A stretch of DNA of 63,447 nucleotides, filler included, from Octopus bimaculoides (taxonomy: Eukaryota), in the NCBI RefSeq assembly GCF_001194135.2. It is 8 parts of 8 records of this genome, joined end to end, with 100 filler letters (N's around TTAATTAATTAA, not from the genome) between each part and the next. Parts side by side here need not be neighbours in the genome. Positions count along the whole stretch, not along the records: positions 36,066 to 40,131 come from NC_068981.1; positions 40,232 to 45,997 come from NC_069004.1; positions 46,098 to 50,192 come from NC_068994.1; 5 more parts are not named here. One strand, written 5' to 3'. The position numbers were made by a program, and so were the translations under genes. Positions 36,715 through 48,202 of the stretch are shown piece by piece; the stretch's first letter is position 1; every line of letters begins with the position of its first letter. Below the pieces are notes generated by a model. It did not search any database, was not told where the DNA came from, and saw nothing but the letters and a program-made list of their open reading frames with translations.

Positions 36715-37381
36715 CTTGAAATTGTCATTCATCAACAAATGGGAGTAACAAAGATTGATAAGGAGGCAAAAAAAAATCAACCAAAATGGATGACCTGTCT
36801 GCAAACAAATATCAAGTGACTCAGAAAATATACAAGACAATTAGACACTAGCATTAAGTGCAAAGTGAATAATAAATTCACTAACCACCAACTATAATTC
36901 CGTGGCAGATTATCTAAAATCTATGAGAACTGTTAACAAGAAACACAAGTGAGCAAACTAATTGCCTTTATACATGAAGTGTGAGCAGTAAGTGAAAAGT
37001 TTGCTATTGTAAAAGCTTACTACTATATAAGGCCATTAAATGTACACAATTCAGCATAAAGGGCTACACCATCAAAATTATGAAAGTTCTCCACTAAGAT
37101 TTTCCAGAGTCAGCAAAGGAAGGATCTAGAACAGTGATTATCAACCATTTTTTACTTATGGATCCCTTTTATAACAATTTTATTCTGGTGGACTCCCATA
37201 GCTATTCAATGTTTAAAAATTAATTTCATNNNNNNNNNNTGTAGGTTTGCAATATCACTTTTTGAGAGAGCATGTTTCAGTGTCTGGAAGCGTGTTGAAC
37301 TCTGTAAAATGTTCAAGAAAGAAGCTTAGTTGTTTCTTGCAATAAATGCATTTAAAGGAAAATATTTTCATTAACCTTTAA

Positions 37382-38024
37382 CCTTTTAGTGTTTAAACCA
37401 GCCATATCTGGCCAAAATATTCTCTTTACTCTTTTACTCTTTTACTTGTTTCAGTCATTTGACTGCGGCCATGCTGGAGCACCGCCTTTAGTCGAGCAAA
37501 TTGACCCCAGGACTTATTCTTTGTAAGCCTAGTATTTATTCTATCGGTCTCTTTTGCCGAACCTCTAAGTTACGGGGACATAAACACACCACCATCGGTT
37601 GTCAAGTGATGTTGGGGGGACAAACACAGACACAAAGGCACACACACAGACACAAAGGCACACACACATACATATATACATATATACGACGGGCTTCTTT
37701 CAGTTTCCATCTACCAAATCCACTCACAAGGCTTTGGTCGGCCCGAGGCTATAGTAGAAGACACTTGCCCAAGGTGCCACGCAGTGGGACTAAACCTGAA
37801 ATCATGTGGTTTATAAGCAAGCTACTTACCACATGGCCACTCCTACGTCTATTTTATCTTCAAACTGGTCAGACATGGTCTTTCATAGCTACCTTACAGT
37901 GTCAATTTAAAAGTAAACAATCACGTCATGGAAATCTCAAAGCCATGATATAATGCATGGTTAATTTAACATGGTGTGAATACATAAGCTTTACATTTGA
38001 CAGAATAATCTGAATGCTAAAGGA
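37382..38024. mobile_element. piggyBac-type MITE with TTAA TSD, nested in the hAT MITE
   Basis: TTAA|CCTTTTAGTGTTTA ... TGAATGCTAAAGGA|TTAA. Confidence 0.65.
37420..37850 (-). mobile_element. SINE family A, full length, nested in the piggyBac-type MITE
   Basis: All modules present; several CpG to TpG/CpA changes relative to other copies. Confidence 0.92.
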
Positions 38025-38269
38025 TTAAAATATTACAGTGGATCCCCATTTTTTAAATTTTGTTTGCATGGACCTCCAGAAATCTTATATGGACCCTAGT
38101 TGAGAATCACTGATCTAGAATGTAAACAAACAACACATTTATGATGTAATGTGCTTAAATGAACAAGTAATGAATAAATGTCTGTTTCCAAACTCTTGAT
38201 ATCAACAATGAAACTATGCTGATGGTTGTAGTAAAGTTAATGACATTGTATGATAGTTGTAGACAAGTG

Positions 38270-38480
38270 TCACTGTTGTGCAAGTAGTGTGTTTCGTTTC
38301 CAATCTTCCATGTAAACATGTCTAGTCATGGGGAAACATTGCCTTACTTGGAAACAGATGAGGGTTGGCAATAGGAAGGACATCAAACTGTTGAAAAATT
38401 CACTTCAGCAAATTCCATCTAATCCATGTGAGCATGGAAAAGTGGATACTAAAATAATGATGATGATGATTATGATGATC
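38270..38480 (+). mobile_element. (GAT)n-tailed SINE family E copy
   Basis: GGTTGGCAATAGGAAGGACATC..AGCATGGAAAAGTGGAT..(GAT)n. Confidence 0.6.
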
Positions 38481-39484
38481 ACCATTTACTCAGACTAGCG
38501 TTTTTTTTATTTAATTTTTTTTCTCTTATACATATTCATGGACACTAATCATATCTATCTCAGTAGACTTGCTGGGCCTGCAATGGTTATGAACATTATT
38601 CCTTCTCTTCTGACATAGCTAACGAAACAAAAGCAGCAGCAGTGGCAGCAGCAGCAGTAGTATCATTTTTAGCAGAATATTATCTAATCTATATCACTAT
38701 ACATATGCAATACTTCATTTGGAAGTCTGGGACCTAAATCATTACTTGCGTTGAAATTATTTGAAAGAGTTTTTTCAGTAATCCATCAAAGAAGACAGTT
38801 TTGGCTTCTTTCACCTCTACAAAGAAAAATACATACAAAAAATAAATAAATAAAAAACCAAAAAAAAAATGAAATAATACAATGCCAAAGTTAGTTGGAA
38901 AGACTTAAAAATCTGACTTACATCCTTCCTCTAAAATCTAATTTGAAAAGCAAAATAATGCATAAAAAACATTAAAAAAGTATATGATATATAATAAAAA
39001 AAAATCCAAACAAATAGAATAAATAAAAAAAATATGAAACTTTTCCAGAAAATACTTTAAAATAAGTATTGATGTTATTGAGAGAATTTGGCAATAAAGC
39101 TTTCTTCTAATTACCTTAGGGAGAAATTTTGGAAAGTTGCTGTTGGTTGCTGTTGGCTGAAGCTTGTTTTGATGTGCCAGAATATATTATTATAAAAGTT
39201 GAAATATTCTCACCTCAGTTTTGCTACTCACACCTCATCTATTTGCGGTAACAGTATAGTGTGGCATGGTGGTGTGGTGTTAGGTTAGGGCTTAGGCTTA
39301 GGCTTGGCACTCGTGTAAAAGAGAAGTGGCTCAAAGGTAAAATTGACGAAAGTTACTAGTGGCAAGAAGGTCATGAATTCAGATCATCTTAAAATTTATT
39401 AGCATGGCCATTTTTTTACTACGAGAATATTTTTGTCATGTTGTCCCTAATTGGGGAGCAGACTTATGGTCAAAGACATTGCAT

Positions 39485-39760
39485 CTGTGTTGTCATCATC
39501 ATCATTGTTGTTGTTGTTATTGCCATTGTCATTGTCACTGTTGTCTCTGTTGTCATTGTTGCCATCATCGTCATCAACATCATCAACATTGTCATTGTCC
39601 ACAACATCATCATTATCATTGTTGTCATCGTTATCGTCATCAACATCATCATCATCGTTGTTGTAATCATCATCATCAACACCATCATCATCATTGTCAT
39701 TGTTGTCATTACCATCATTGTCATAGTCATCATCATCAACATCATCGTTGTCATCATCGG

Positions 39761-39795
<35 letters not shown>

Positions 39796-39876
39796 ACATC
39801 ATCATCGTTGTTGTCATCATTGTCATTGTCATCAACATCATTGTTGTCGTCATCGTCGTCATCATCATCATCATTG
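39485..39876. repeat. Degenerate phase-preserved (CAT/TGT/CGT)n triplet tract
   Basis: Direct inspection. Confidence 0.9.
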
Positions 39877-40231
39877 CTTTAATGTCTACTTTTCCACACT
39901 TGCATGGTTCAGAGGAGATTCATTGAGGCACATTCCTGTCATCAAACCCTCACTTGTTTTCATGCAAATTAATATTTCTTCAAGGTTGCAAATAAATCAC
40001 ACTAATTTTGTATGACTTTGATGTTTGTATTTAAACAACATACAAACACAAGACAAAGACACACAAACATACACATTCAGACACACAGATACAGACACAC
40101 ACAATGTATATATATATATATATATATATATNNNNNNNNNNNNNNNNNNNNNNNNNNNNNNNNNNNNNNNNNNNNTTAATTAATTAANNNNNNNNNNNNN
40201 NNNNNNNNNNNNNNNNNNNNNNNNNNNNNNN

Positions 40232-41254
40232 CAGCTTGGATAATGAGACTAACTGATTGACCAGTCCAGTGAGCGTTTTCGATAACGGCAGCCTGGAGGA
40301 GGGTAATTTTCTCTTCCTCTTTGACTAGGACTGCCTCCACCACCCACATAGGATCCACGTCCGGTGGGACCCTTGTTATATTAATTCTGGACGTTCTCAT
40401 CCCCATATAGGTGGGGATGAGCGCTACGTCTTCCGTTTTCAGGGTCTCTACGGAATGCTTTTGTGCCATTTCCTTGTTGGCAAACCTTACTTCCACTGTA
40501 CCAAACTTCTTGCCTCTTGTCACATACACTACGTCGCTCCATATTTCCTTCAAACACTTTTCAATCTTCTCTTCTGTAAATCTTTCGATTTTTCTTGTTT
40601 GTAAACAATAAGTTTTAAATATTATTGTTTTCTTTTTTTTGTCTAGCATAAATTGCTCAGGTGGTTGTATTTGAACCACGCTATCGTACACTTCCATCAT
40701 TTTTCTATAGTTCATGTAGTCTGACTTGTTCGTCGAAAGCTGCCGGGTTCGACCCCCAGCTGCCAACGCAAAACTTTTTTTTTTCCTTTCTCGCCTGCTC
40801 AGTCTGGATGCTAGGCGCATCGATAATCCTTTTGGTCACAATACTTTCTGACAAAGTCGGGAAATCTACTTGNNNNNNNNNNTCTCCAAATATTTCATAC
40901 ATCCTGCTGTGCGCTTTGGTAACGGGGGAATTACAAATTCCTTTTTCGGGGGAATCCACTGGTTTTTCACTTGTAGTTGGCTCCTCGCCAGACAACAAGA
41001 AATTTTTCGTCTCACTAGACATTTCTGTGCCAACGTTAGGCCTCTCGCTAGACGACATTCTTCCCCCCAGAGGGGGAATGAACAAACGTGTGTTTTCTAC
41101 AAGCATTTAGTGTTTTCAAATAAAAATTCCAACAGTTAGAAATTTAACAGAACCTGCAGTTAATAAAAGAGTAGTTATTATAAATAATAACACTAATAAA
41201 CAGCAATTTTCACCACGAACACATGTGCGACGCGTAACCAACTAGCTCACACAA
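40232..41254 (-). mobile_element. 5' part of an L1/Tx1-like LINE: 5' UTR and ORF1 (ATG at 41106, frameshift in the A-run near 40780), truncated by the spacer
   Basis: Low-complexity N-terminus, SFALAAGG motif, then a ~170-codon open RRM-like segment (RGKKFGTVEVRFANKEMA..PTYMGMRTSRINITRVPP..WTG). Confidence 0.65.
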
Positions 41255-41528
41255 ACGAAATACCGCTAAGTATTTCGCCCGGCGTGCTAACGTTTCTGCC
41301 AGCTCGCCGCGTGTTGTGAAAAAGTATTACCTACAAGGCCCGAAAGTTTTGAGGGAGGGGTTCAGTCGATTAGATCGACTCCAGTACACAACTGGTACTT
41401 ATTTTATCGACCCCGAAAGGATGGAAATCAAAATTGACCGCGGCGGAATTTGAACTCAGAACGTAAAGACAGACTAAATACCACTAAGTAGTTCACCCGG
41501 CGTGCTAACGCTTCTGCCAGCTCGCCGC
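41255..41528 (-). mobile_element. SINE family B (41335-41528) followed by a second head-only copy (41255-41310)
   Basis: Both heads have similar flanks (GTA(G)TAATA.TTTTTC.CAA), implying tandem duplication. Confidence 0.9.
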
Positions 41529-42088
41529 TGATTGCGAAAAAATATTAACTACAAAAAGGTTGTGTGGCTTTAAGTGGCGAAAAAAGATGATCATTTTAAG
41601 AAATCAAAATATTTTAGTCTTTTTAAGAGAAAAATATTATTTGAACTCAAATGAAAGAGTTCATTGAGATGAATATTTTGGAGAAAACCCCGTCTAAAAT
41701 ATTAAGCATTAAGAAATTATGATTTTTGCGATTTCACATTAATTTTATCATTCTGTTTATGTATTAAAATATACACACATTAAAATCATTTTGAAATAAA
41801 AATTCCATTAAAAAAATTAATTAGTAATCATATGATTAGAATATAACATTATTTTATAATAAAATTTGTTTTTACAAATATTTGTAACTGATATGCCGCT
41901 ATTCATCTTTCGTTATTTTTATGGTAAACAAAATTTCTAAGTTTGAACAAAATCTGTATTTATAAATATCTACAATAGTATCATTTTTTTCAATTATAAA
42001 GGTAAATATGATTAATTATAATAATAGAAGCAAGAAGCATAAAAGAAATGAATTTGCATAAAGTGGTTAAAACGAATATTCAGTAAGA

Positions 42089-42805
42089 TACGTGATACGT
42101 TAAAAAAGTATCCGACTTCATTTTTTTCCCCTCCAAAACTAATACCGCGGGGGTAAAATCCTTTGGGTGGGAAATGACCCCCATCCTTTCTGCGCATGCA
42201 GAAAATTCTCGCGTCGATAGGCCGCATCATTTCCCGGCGTAAGCCTAGATAGAGTACAGACGTGTAGTGCGCGCTTGTCGGTTTTCGTTTTCACGCAAGT
42301 TGATTGAACCCATCGAACAGAGATATTACACCAAGTTTGTGATAAGCTTGGTGATACTCAAGTTCAAACCATCCAGAAGACTCAGCATGCCTTTGGTGAT
42401 GATGCCATGTGCAAAACTCAGATGAAGGAGTGGAGAGTGAGGCACGCTCAGGCAGGTCGTCTACAAGCCGAAACGAGGAGCCGACTGAGAAGGTTTGGCG
42501 AATAGTCGTGGAAGACCGTCGTGTAACAATCTAGGAAATTGCTCACAAAGTGGGTTTAAGCACAGGATCAGTGCATTCCATTTTAATGGAGGATTTGTGC
42601 TGTGAGATTCGTGATGCTGTGCGTCGAAAGCGGCTGGATATGTGGGCGGGGAAGAATTGGCAATTTCACAATGATTATGGGCCCGCTCATTCCGCCCACA
42701 TAATCCAAGCTTTCCCGGACAAGAACAACACCCCACTTGTTCGACAGACTCTCTACTCACCCGAATTTGTACCGTGTAATCTCTGGCTTTTCCCCAAACT
42801 TATTT
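42089..42805 (+). mobile_element. Internally deleted mariner remnant
   Basis: TIR-like TACGTGATACGTTAAAAAAGTATCCGACT; IEQRY..KLGDTQVQTIQK..RSGRSSTSRN..EDRRVTI*EIA..HNDYGPAHSA..YSPEFVPCNLWLFPKL. Confidence 0.85.
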
Positions 42806-44149
42806 GCGCTATTATTCCAAGTCTACTCCTACCCGGAATAGTAGCACCTGTGAGAGAATCAGCTATGGGTTAACTAGCATATGTGGTGGCAATCCACCTG
42901 AGCGTGGGAGGCAAAAATACCCTTGGTTGGTGTAAGGGCATGCAGTAAAAGCACTGGGAGTGAGGGATCCTTAGCTGTTGTTACAACATACTTCTAGGAA
43001 CACTGATTTAAAACTAGCTTTTTACGTGAATACTGTCAGTTCACTTCAGCCTGTCACTAGGCACTAATCACGGAGACTCAGAGATTGGCACTCGTGTTGT
43101 ACATGCATTTATCACGAAAATCCAACGATGTACAATTGCTTTTTCATGGTGTCCTCATATGTCATTCCATTTTTTGAAAGTCTTGTAGAATTGGAAGAGT
43201 GACGACGTGTGCAAATCTAACCAGTTGGAAGCGCACAGTAATTTACAATTTTTGTATCACTAATGCTTCAAACCATGAAGATCTTGCAACGATTAGTCAC
43301 CTGAAAAGCCATGAGCAGAAAGTCAGAACTGCTATTAACAATAGGGTATCATAAGGAGACGGCAGTCATCTGTAAAGATGGAGAAATCACCTTACACATA
43401 CATACGCGCGCGCACAAACACACACACATTTTTATTTGAGAGCAAATATTTTTCCTTATCTCATCGTGATAAGATCTTTTGTTGACAGTTTACTTTATGA
43501 ATACCTTCTGTCTGTCCCGGGCATTTACTCATGGCATGTGACTGAGGCCAACCTATCTGTTATTGTTAATTTTTGTTATTGTAGTTCTTATTCTAATAAC
43601 CGAATAACCTTGATATGTTTCATTTACGTTACTAGTTTTCGAGATCAGATCCTGTTAGTGACAACGTTTTTTCTTATGCTCCCGAACATGGTATGGTGTA
43701 ATTTAAATGAAATTTGGCTACTAATTTTGGCATGACGATGAATAAGTAAAAAAGTACTCCATGCATGATGTACAATATATGGTTTATTTAACCTTATTTT
43801 CGTTCTCGCGACTCAATTTTCACTGTGACGTGAAATTTTATACGAGTGGGAACATAAAGGTTCCCTCCTCGATTCGTTGTTGCTGTTATTTAGACCTAGG
43901 CCAGACTCAGTTGAGTAGAACTCTGATCAAATTTATCTGCACTGGCCATCCCGTCATATTATATTCACGTTTTTTTTTTCTAGAACGGTATAATGAGTTT
44001 AGGGAGATTTGTTTGCCTTTGCATGATCGATTGTTGACCGTTTGCTATGATGAGCAAAGTGTTGATATTGATAGTAAAAGTGATTGGGGTGGGGGAGTTG
44101 AGACTGTGTTTGAATTAATGTCTGCGACAGAGAGCTTTTGTTGGGTTTT

Positions 44150-44268
44150 AGTTGAACAGGTCGACCCCAGTACTTTTCAGTTTCCATTTCCATCTACCAA
44201 ATATATTGAGAAGGCATTGGTAGGACCGGGACTATAGTAGAAGTCATTTGTTCAAGGTGCTCCGGTAG
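44150..44268 (-). mobile_element. Old SINE family A fragment, cut by the LTR insertion
   Basis: TTTCCATCTACCAAAT..CTATAGTAGAAG..CAAGGTGC ends at the LTR TG. Confidence 0.7.
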
Positions 44269-44472
44269 TGTTACACTTTCATATCTAGTACTATTTTGTT
44301 AAGCGCATCTACTAAGCAGTATGAACTGTGTCTAAGCAGATACGCACAGTGTGTATCACTCCGCTATAGATGTTGTTTTGTAAACATGTCAAAATAAATA
44401 AACACGTAGAATCATAACAATGCCTTCAGTGAGTTGTTTATTATCCCATCAAGAACAAATGAATACATAACA
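44269..44472 (+). mobile_element. 5' LTR (TG...CA, 204 bp) of a Gypsy element
   Basis: Starts TGTTACA, ends CATAACA, contains AATAAA, and is immediately followed by the PBS. Confidence 0.8.
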
Positions 44473-44483
44473 TGGTGGCAGCG
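44473..44483 (+). promoter_or_regulatory. Primer-binding site TGGTGGCAGCG, complementary to the tRNA-Leu(AAG/UAG) 3' end
   Basis: 11 nt match to ..CGCTGCCACCA-3', directly after the LTR CA. Confidence 0.75.
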
Positions 44484-44615
44484 ATAAATACTTAATCGAA
44501 AACCGTGCCTTTACAACAAAACAGGAACACAACAAACCTGAAATTTAACAAACTGAATTTCGCTTCGTCTTCGGACACACACACACGAGGATCAAGGGCC
44601 CCCATCGCCGTACAG

Positions 44616-45571
44616 ATGAATCTACATCCGACCATGAACTGGGACGCGGATGATATCGTGGAAGCGTTCAAGNNNNNNNNNNNNNNNNNNNNNNNNNNNN
44701 NNNNNNNNNNNNNNNNNNNNNNNNNNNNNNNNNNNNNNNNNNNNNNNNNNNNNNNNNNNNNNNNNNNNNNNNNNNNNNNNNNNNNNNNNNNNNNNNNNNN
44801 NNNNNNNNNNNNNNNNNNNNNNNNNNNNNNNNNNNNNNNNNNNNNNNNNNNNNNNNNNNNNNNNNTTGGGACATGTCAGAATCGGATTGCAATAATCCAG
44901 ACACACTTTTAGAGAAATTTGAAAGACACCTAGAGCCCAGATCAAACCATAGAATTCATAGGTACGAATTCCAGGGCCTGAAACAAGACCCACAAGAAAC
45001 GATTGACAACTTCCTGTCCAGACTAAAGAATGTTGCCGAGAAGTGCAAATTCAAAGACAAGGACGAAAGGATTGTTGATCAACTTATATGGGGGTGTGCT
45101 CATAAAGAAGTCCAGAAATCCCTCATTGGTAAGGACGCTCTCCAGTTGGCAGAAGCAGTAGACACTGCAAGAGCATTCGAAGCCACTACCAAACAAATGG
45201 CCTCACTCACTCTGCAAAGAAACACAACAGGCAGCAGTGTAGATACTGTATCTAAACGTAGGATGAAACATATCCACAAACAGAGAACATATCAGTACTG
45301 TGGTACAGATCATGAGTTCAATGACCGGAGGAAATATCCTGCATTCGGTACACACTGCAAAGCATGTGGAAAACCCAACCACTGGGGAAAAATGTGCAGA
45401 CTAGTAAAATCTCAAAAATATAAGCCCCAATTTTCAAAGTGGAGTGGTAAAAGAAGACAAAGAGATGTACATGCCCAACATCTGCAAGAAAACACCTCAG
45501 AGGAGGAATTCTTGGCAGTCGGCATAATAAATGTACATGAAATGGGAAATAACAACCAGAAAACAAAATGA
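44616..45571 (+). pseudogene. Gypsy (Mag-like) gag with gap and degenerate zinc knuckles
   Basis: MNLHPTMNWD..KFERHLEPRSN..KQDPQETIDNFLSRLK..CKF..RIVDQLIWG..YQYCGTDH..YPAFGTHCKACGKPNHWGKMC. Confidence 0.85.
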
Positions 45572-45997
45572 GGCATACACAACGATACAAATTCAGAAGA
45601 AGTCAGACAGGAAACGAACGTACATTGACTTGAAGATAAAGATTGACACTGGAGTCCAGAGTAATATCTTACCTGTCAACCTCTACAAAAAGATGTTCCC
45701 AGAACACATGATACAAGAGCATAAAGTCAAAGAAGGAATCCTCACACCAAGTGATGTAATCCTCACTGCATATGGAGGTACCAGGATTCCACAACTGGGC
45801 AAAACAACCATCACAGGGACACACAAAGGAAAAATAATCAAGTGTTCTTTTTATGTTACAAGAACCGAAGGACCTGCAATTCTTGGACTTGATACCTGTC
45901 AAAAGCTTAATATTGTGTCAATCAACGGTGAAGTGAAGGCAGCTCCAAGCAGGATTGACAGAGATATGCCTATCAAAAACCGACCACCAATCACAAA
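45572..45997 (+). pseudogene. Gypsy aspartic protease, +1 frame relative to gag, truncated by the spacer
   Basis: LKIKIDTGVQSNILP (DTG) and GPAILGLDTCQKLNIV (ILG flap motif). Confidence 0.85.
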
Positions 45998-46167
45998 NNN
46001 NNNNNNNNNNNNNNNNNNNNNNNNNNNNNNNNNNNNNNNNNTTAATTAATTAANNNNNNNNNNNNNNNNNNNNNNNNNNNNNNNNNNNNNNNNNNNNTAT
46101 ATATATATGGATGTATAAATACACATACCTGTGAAGCTGTTGTTGTACAGGCGTCGCTTAAAAGCAT

Positions 46168-46560
46168 TTTGGAAGAGGCGCCTGTACAACCACAGGTCCT
46201 CTTTTAGGGTTCTGGAGATATGTTACGTTACGACCTGTACGAAATTAAATGGAGGATCATTGAGCAACCGGGGTCCTGTGTAAACGGGAGCAGACGATAT
46301 AAGCTTTGCGTGGCAGAGTGGCAAGGATCCTCAAAGACTCGCTGGATCCGGTGTCTCTCATAAACTCAAGATACGAGATCTATAGCCCCTACTCCCATTC
46401 TAAACGCTACCTGCTGCAGGCTTGGGATACCCTGTTCGTCGATTACAGCAATAAAACGTATTTGCTGACCGGAACCAACCTAGGGGTGAAAATTCCCCCT
46501 TCGCTCTTTAGGTCCATAATATTTGCTGACCAGAAAGGTCTAAGGAGGATAACCCGTTCC
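46168..46560 (+). mobile_element. Penelope-like GIY-YIG endonuclease C-terminus and 3' UTR
   Basis: WKRRLYNHRSSFR..YEIKWRIIEQPGSCVNGSRRYKLCVAE..ILKDSLDPVSLINSRYEIYS..SHSKRYLL. Confidence 0.75.
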
Positions 46561-47215
46561 GTTTGAGGCTCAGACAGTGTATATTATTCTTTTGTTTACA
46601 AATTAACTGACCAAATTAACTGTATCAAGAGAGGGAGAGAGAAGGGGAGACATGAATAAATAGACAGAGATATAGATAGATAGGTAGATAGTACGTACAT
46701 ACATATATACATGTATGTGAGAGTATTATTGTGAGTGCGCCTGCGCGTATGTGTGCGACCACATTTGTGTGTTCATATGAGAATCTGCGAGTGTATGCTT
46801 CAACATTTTTTTTTGTTTTTATTGCGATTTCTCTTTCTGTGGCTTTTTTTTATTGACTTCTTTTTCTGTAGCTTTTATGCATGAATTTATGTATGGAAAC
46901 TTAAAACGTAGATAGAAGCTATTATAATGATAAATATTTCTCTATTACAAAAGGAATGGTTTGCTAAAAGTAGAGAGACAGACAGGTTCAAGATATACCG
47001 AATCACACACACACACACGCACACACACACACGCACACACACACACGCACACACAGCAAATACTCATACATACACATATACACACATGTTTATAGAGAGA
47101 GACATATTAATAGACAAGTGTGTGATAGAGACAGATTCGGAATGGTGTGTTGCTGGCTCTATCTTTGTGTTTATGTATGTATGTATGTATGTATGTATAT
47201 CTGTCTTTCTGTAAG

Positions 47216-47258
<43 letters not shown>

Positions 47259-47322
47259 GTCTGTCTGTCTATGTATGTATGTATATATCTATCTATCTAT
47301 CTATCTATCTGTCTACTTGTAT

Positions 47323-47389
<67 letters not shown>

Positions 47390-48168
47390 CACGTATGTAA
47401 TTGTATATATATATATATATATATGTATGTATATATGTGTGTGCGTGTGTGTGCCTCTACGTATGAAGATAAATATATGCAAGATTCTCGAGGTTCAGGT
47501 CAAGTGCCAAATTTCTGAATACGCTGTAAGTACAACGGCAGACAGGCTGAGCACTATGAGCTCCTTTAATACCTCTCACCAAAATTCTAGCACCACCATC
47601 CTTCTCCTTAGAAGCGTTGCCGCCATCACCATCATGTAAGAACGAGGAGAAATTCCATTGTATCTGCCTTCTAAAGGACTCCCGCAGCAGTTGTTTAATT
47701 GCTTGTCTTGAGAAATTAGAAATACGATGATGTTATCTGTCGAGGCTATTTTTCTTGTTGTTGTTGTTTTTTTTTGTGTTGGTGTTTGTTTCCTTTTTGT
47801 TATTTTTCCTTTTGAGAGGAAAAATGTTGGATAAGTAGTTTATTTGTTTTTGCTGTTGTTGCTGTAGCATTCTGTGTGATATACCAACTTACCAGTTTAC
47901 TTGGAAGCAGTACAACTCCTCTATATCGAAACATAAACAAATATATGCTTGTGTATGTGTATGTGTGTGTGTATATGAATATACTTATTTATTTATATAT
48001 ATGAGTGTCTGTGTGTATGCGTGTATGTGTGTACATATGCACACATACACACATGCACCCACGGAAATATATACATATACAGGCTCTAAGTACTGGGTCT
48101 TTCCATTGTTTTCATATATATATATATTAACAAACTTATTATTAAATATACATCTCTCTTTCTCTCTC

Positions 48169-48202
<34 letters not shown>

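Larger units (their letters stand above)
37132..38112. mobile_element. hAT (Charlie-type) MITE with 8 bp TSD ATCTAGAA, containing nested insertions
   Basis: TIRs CAGTGATTATCAAC / GTTGAGAATCACTG; TSD at 37124-37131 and 38113-38120. Confidence 0.9.

Noticed and set aside
39280-39308. Telomere-like TTAGG/TTAGGG/TTAGGC run
   Set aside because: Only about five heterogeneous units; compatible with chance slippage.
39404-40015. His/Cys-rich and Ile/Val-rich ORFs
   Set aside because: Products of the (CAT/TGT) triplet tract.
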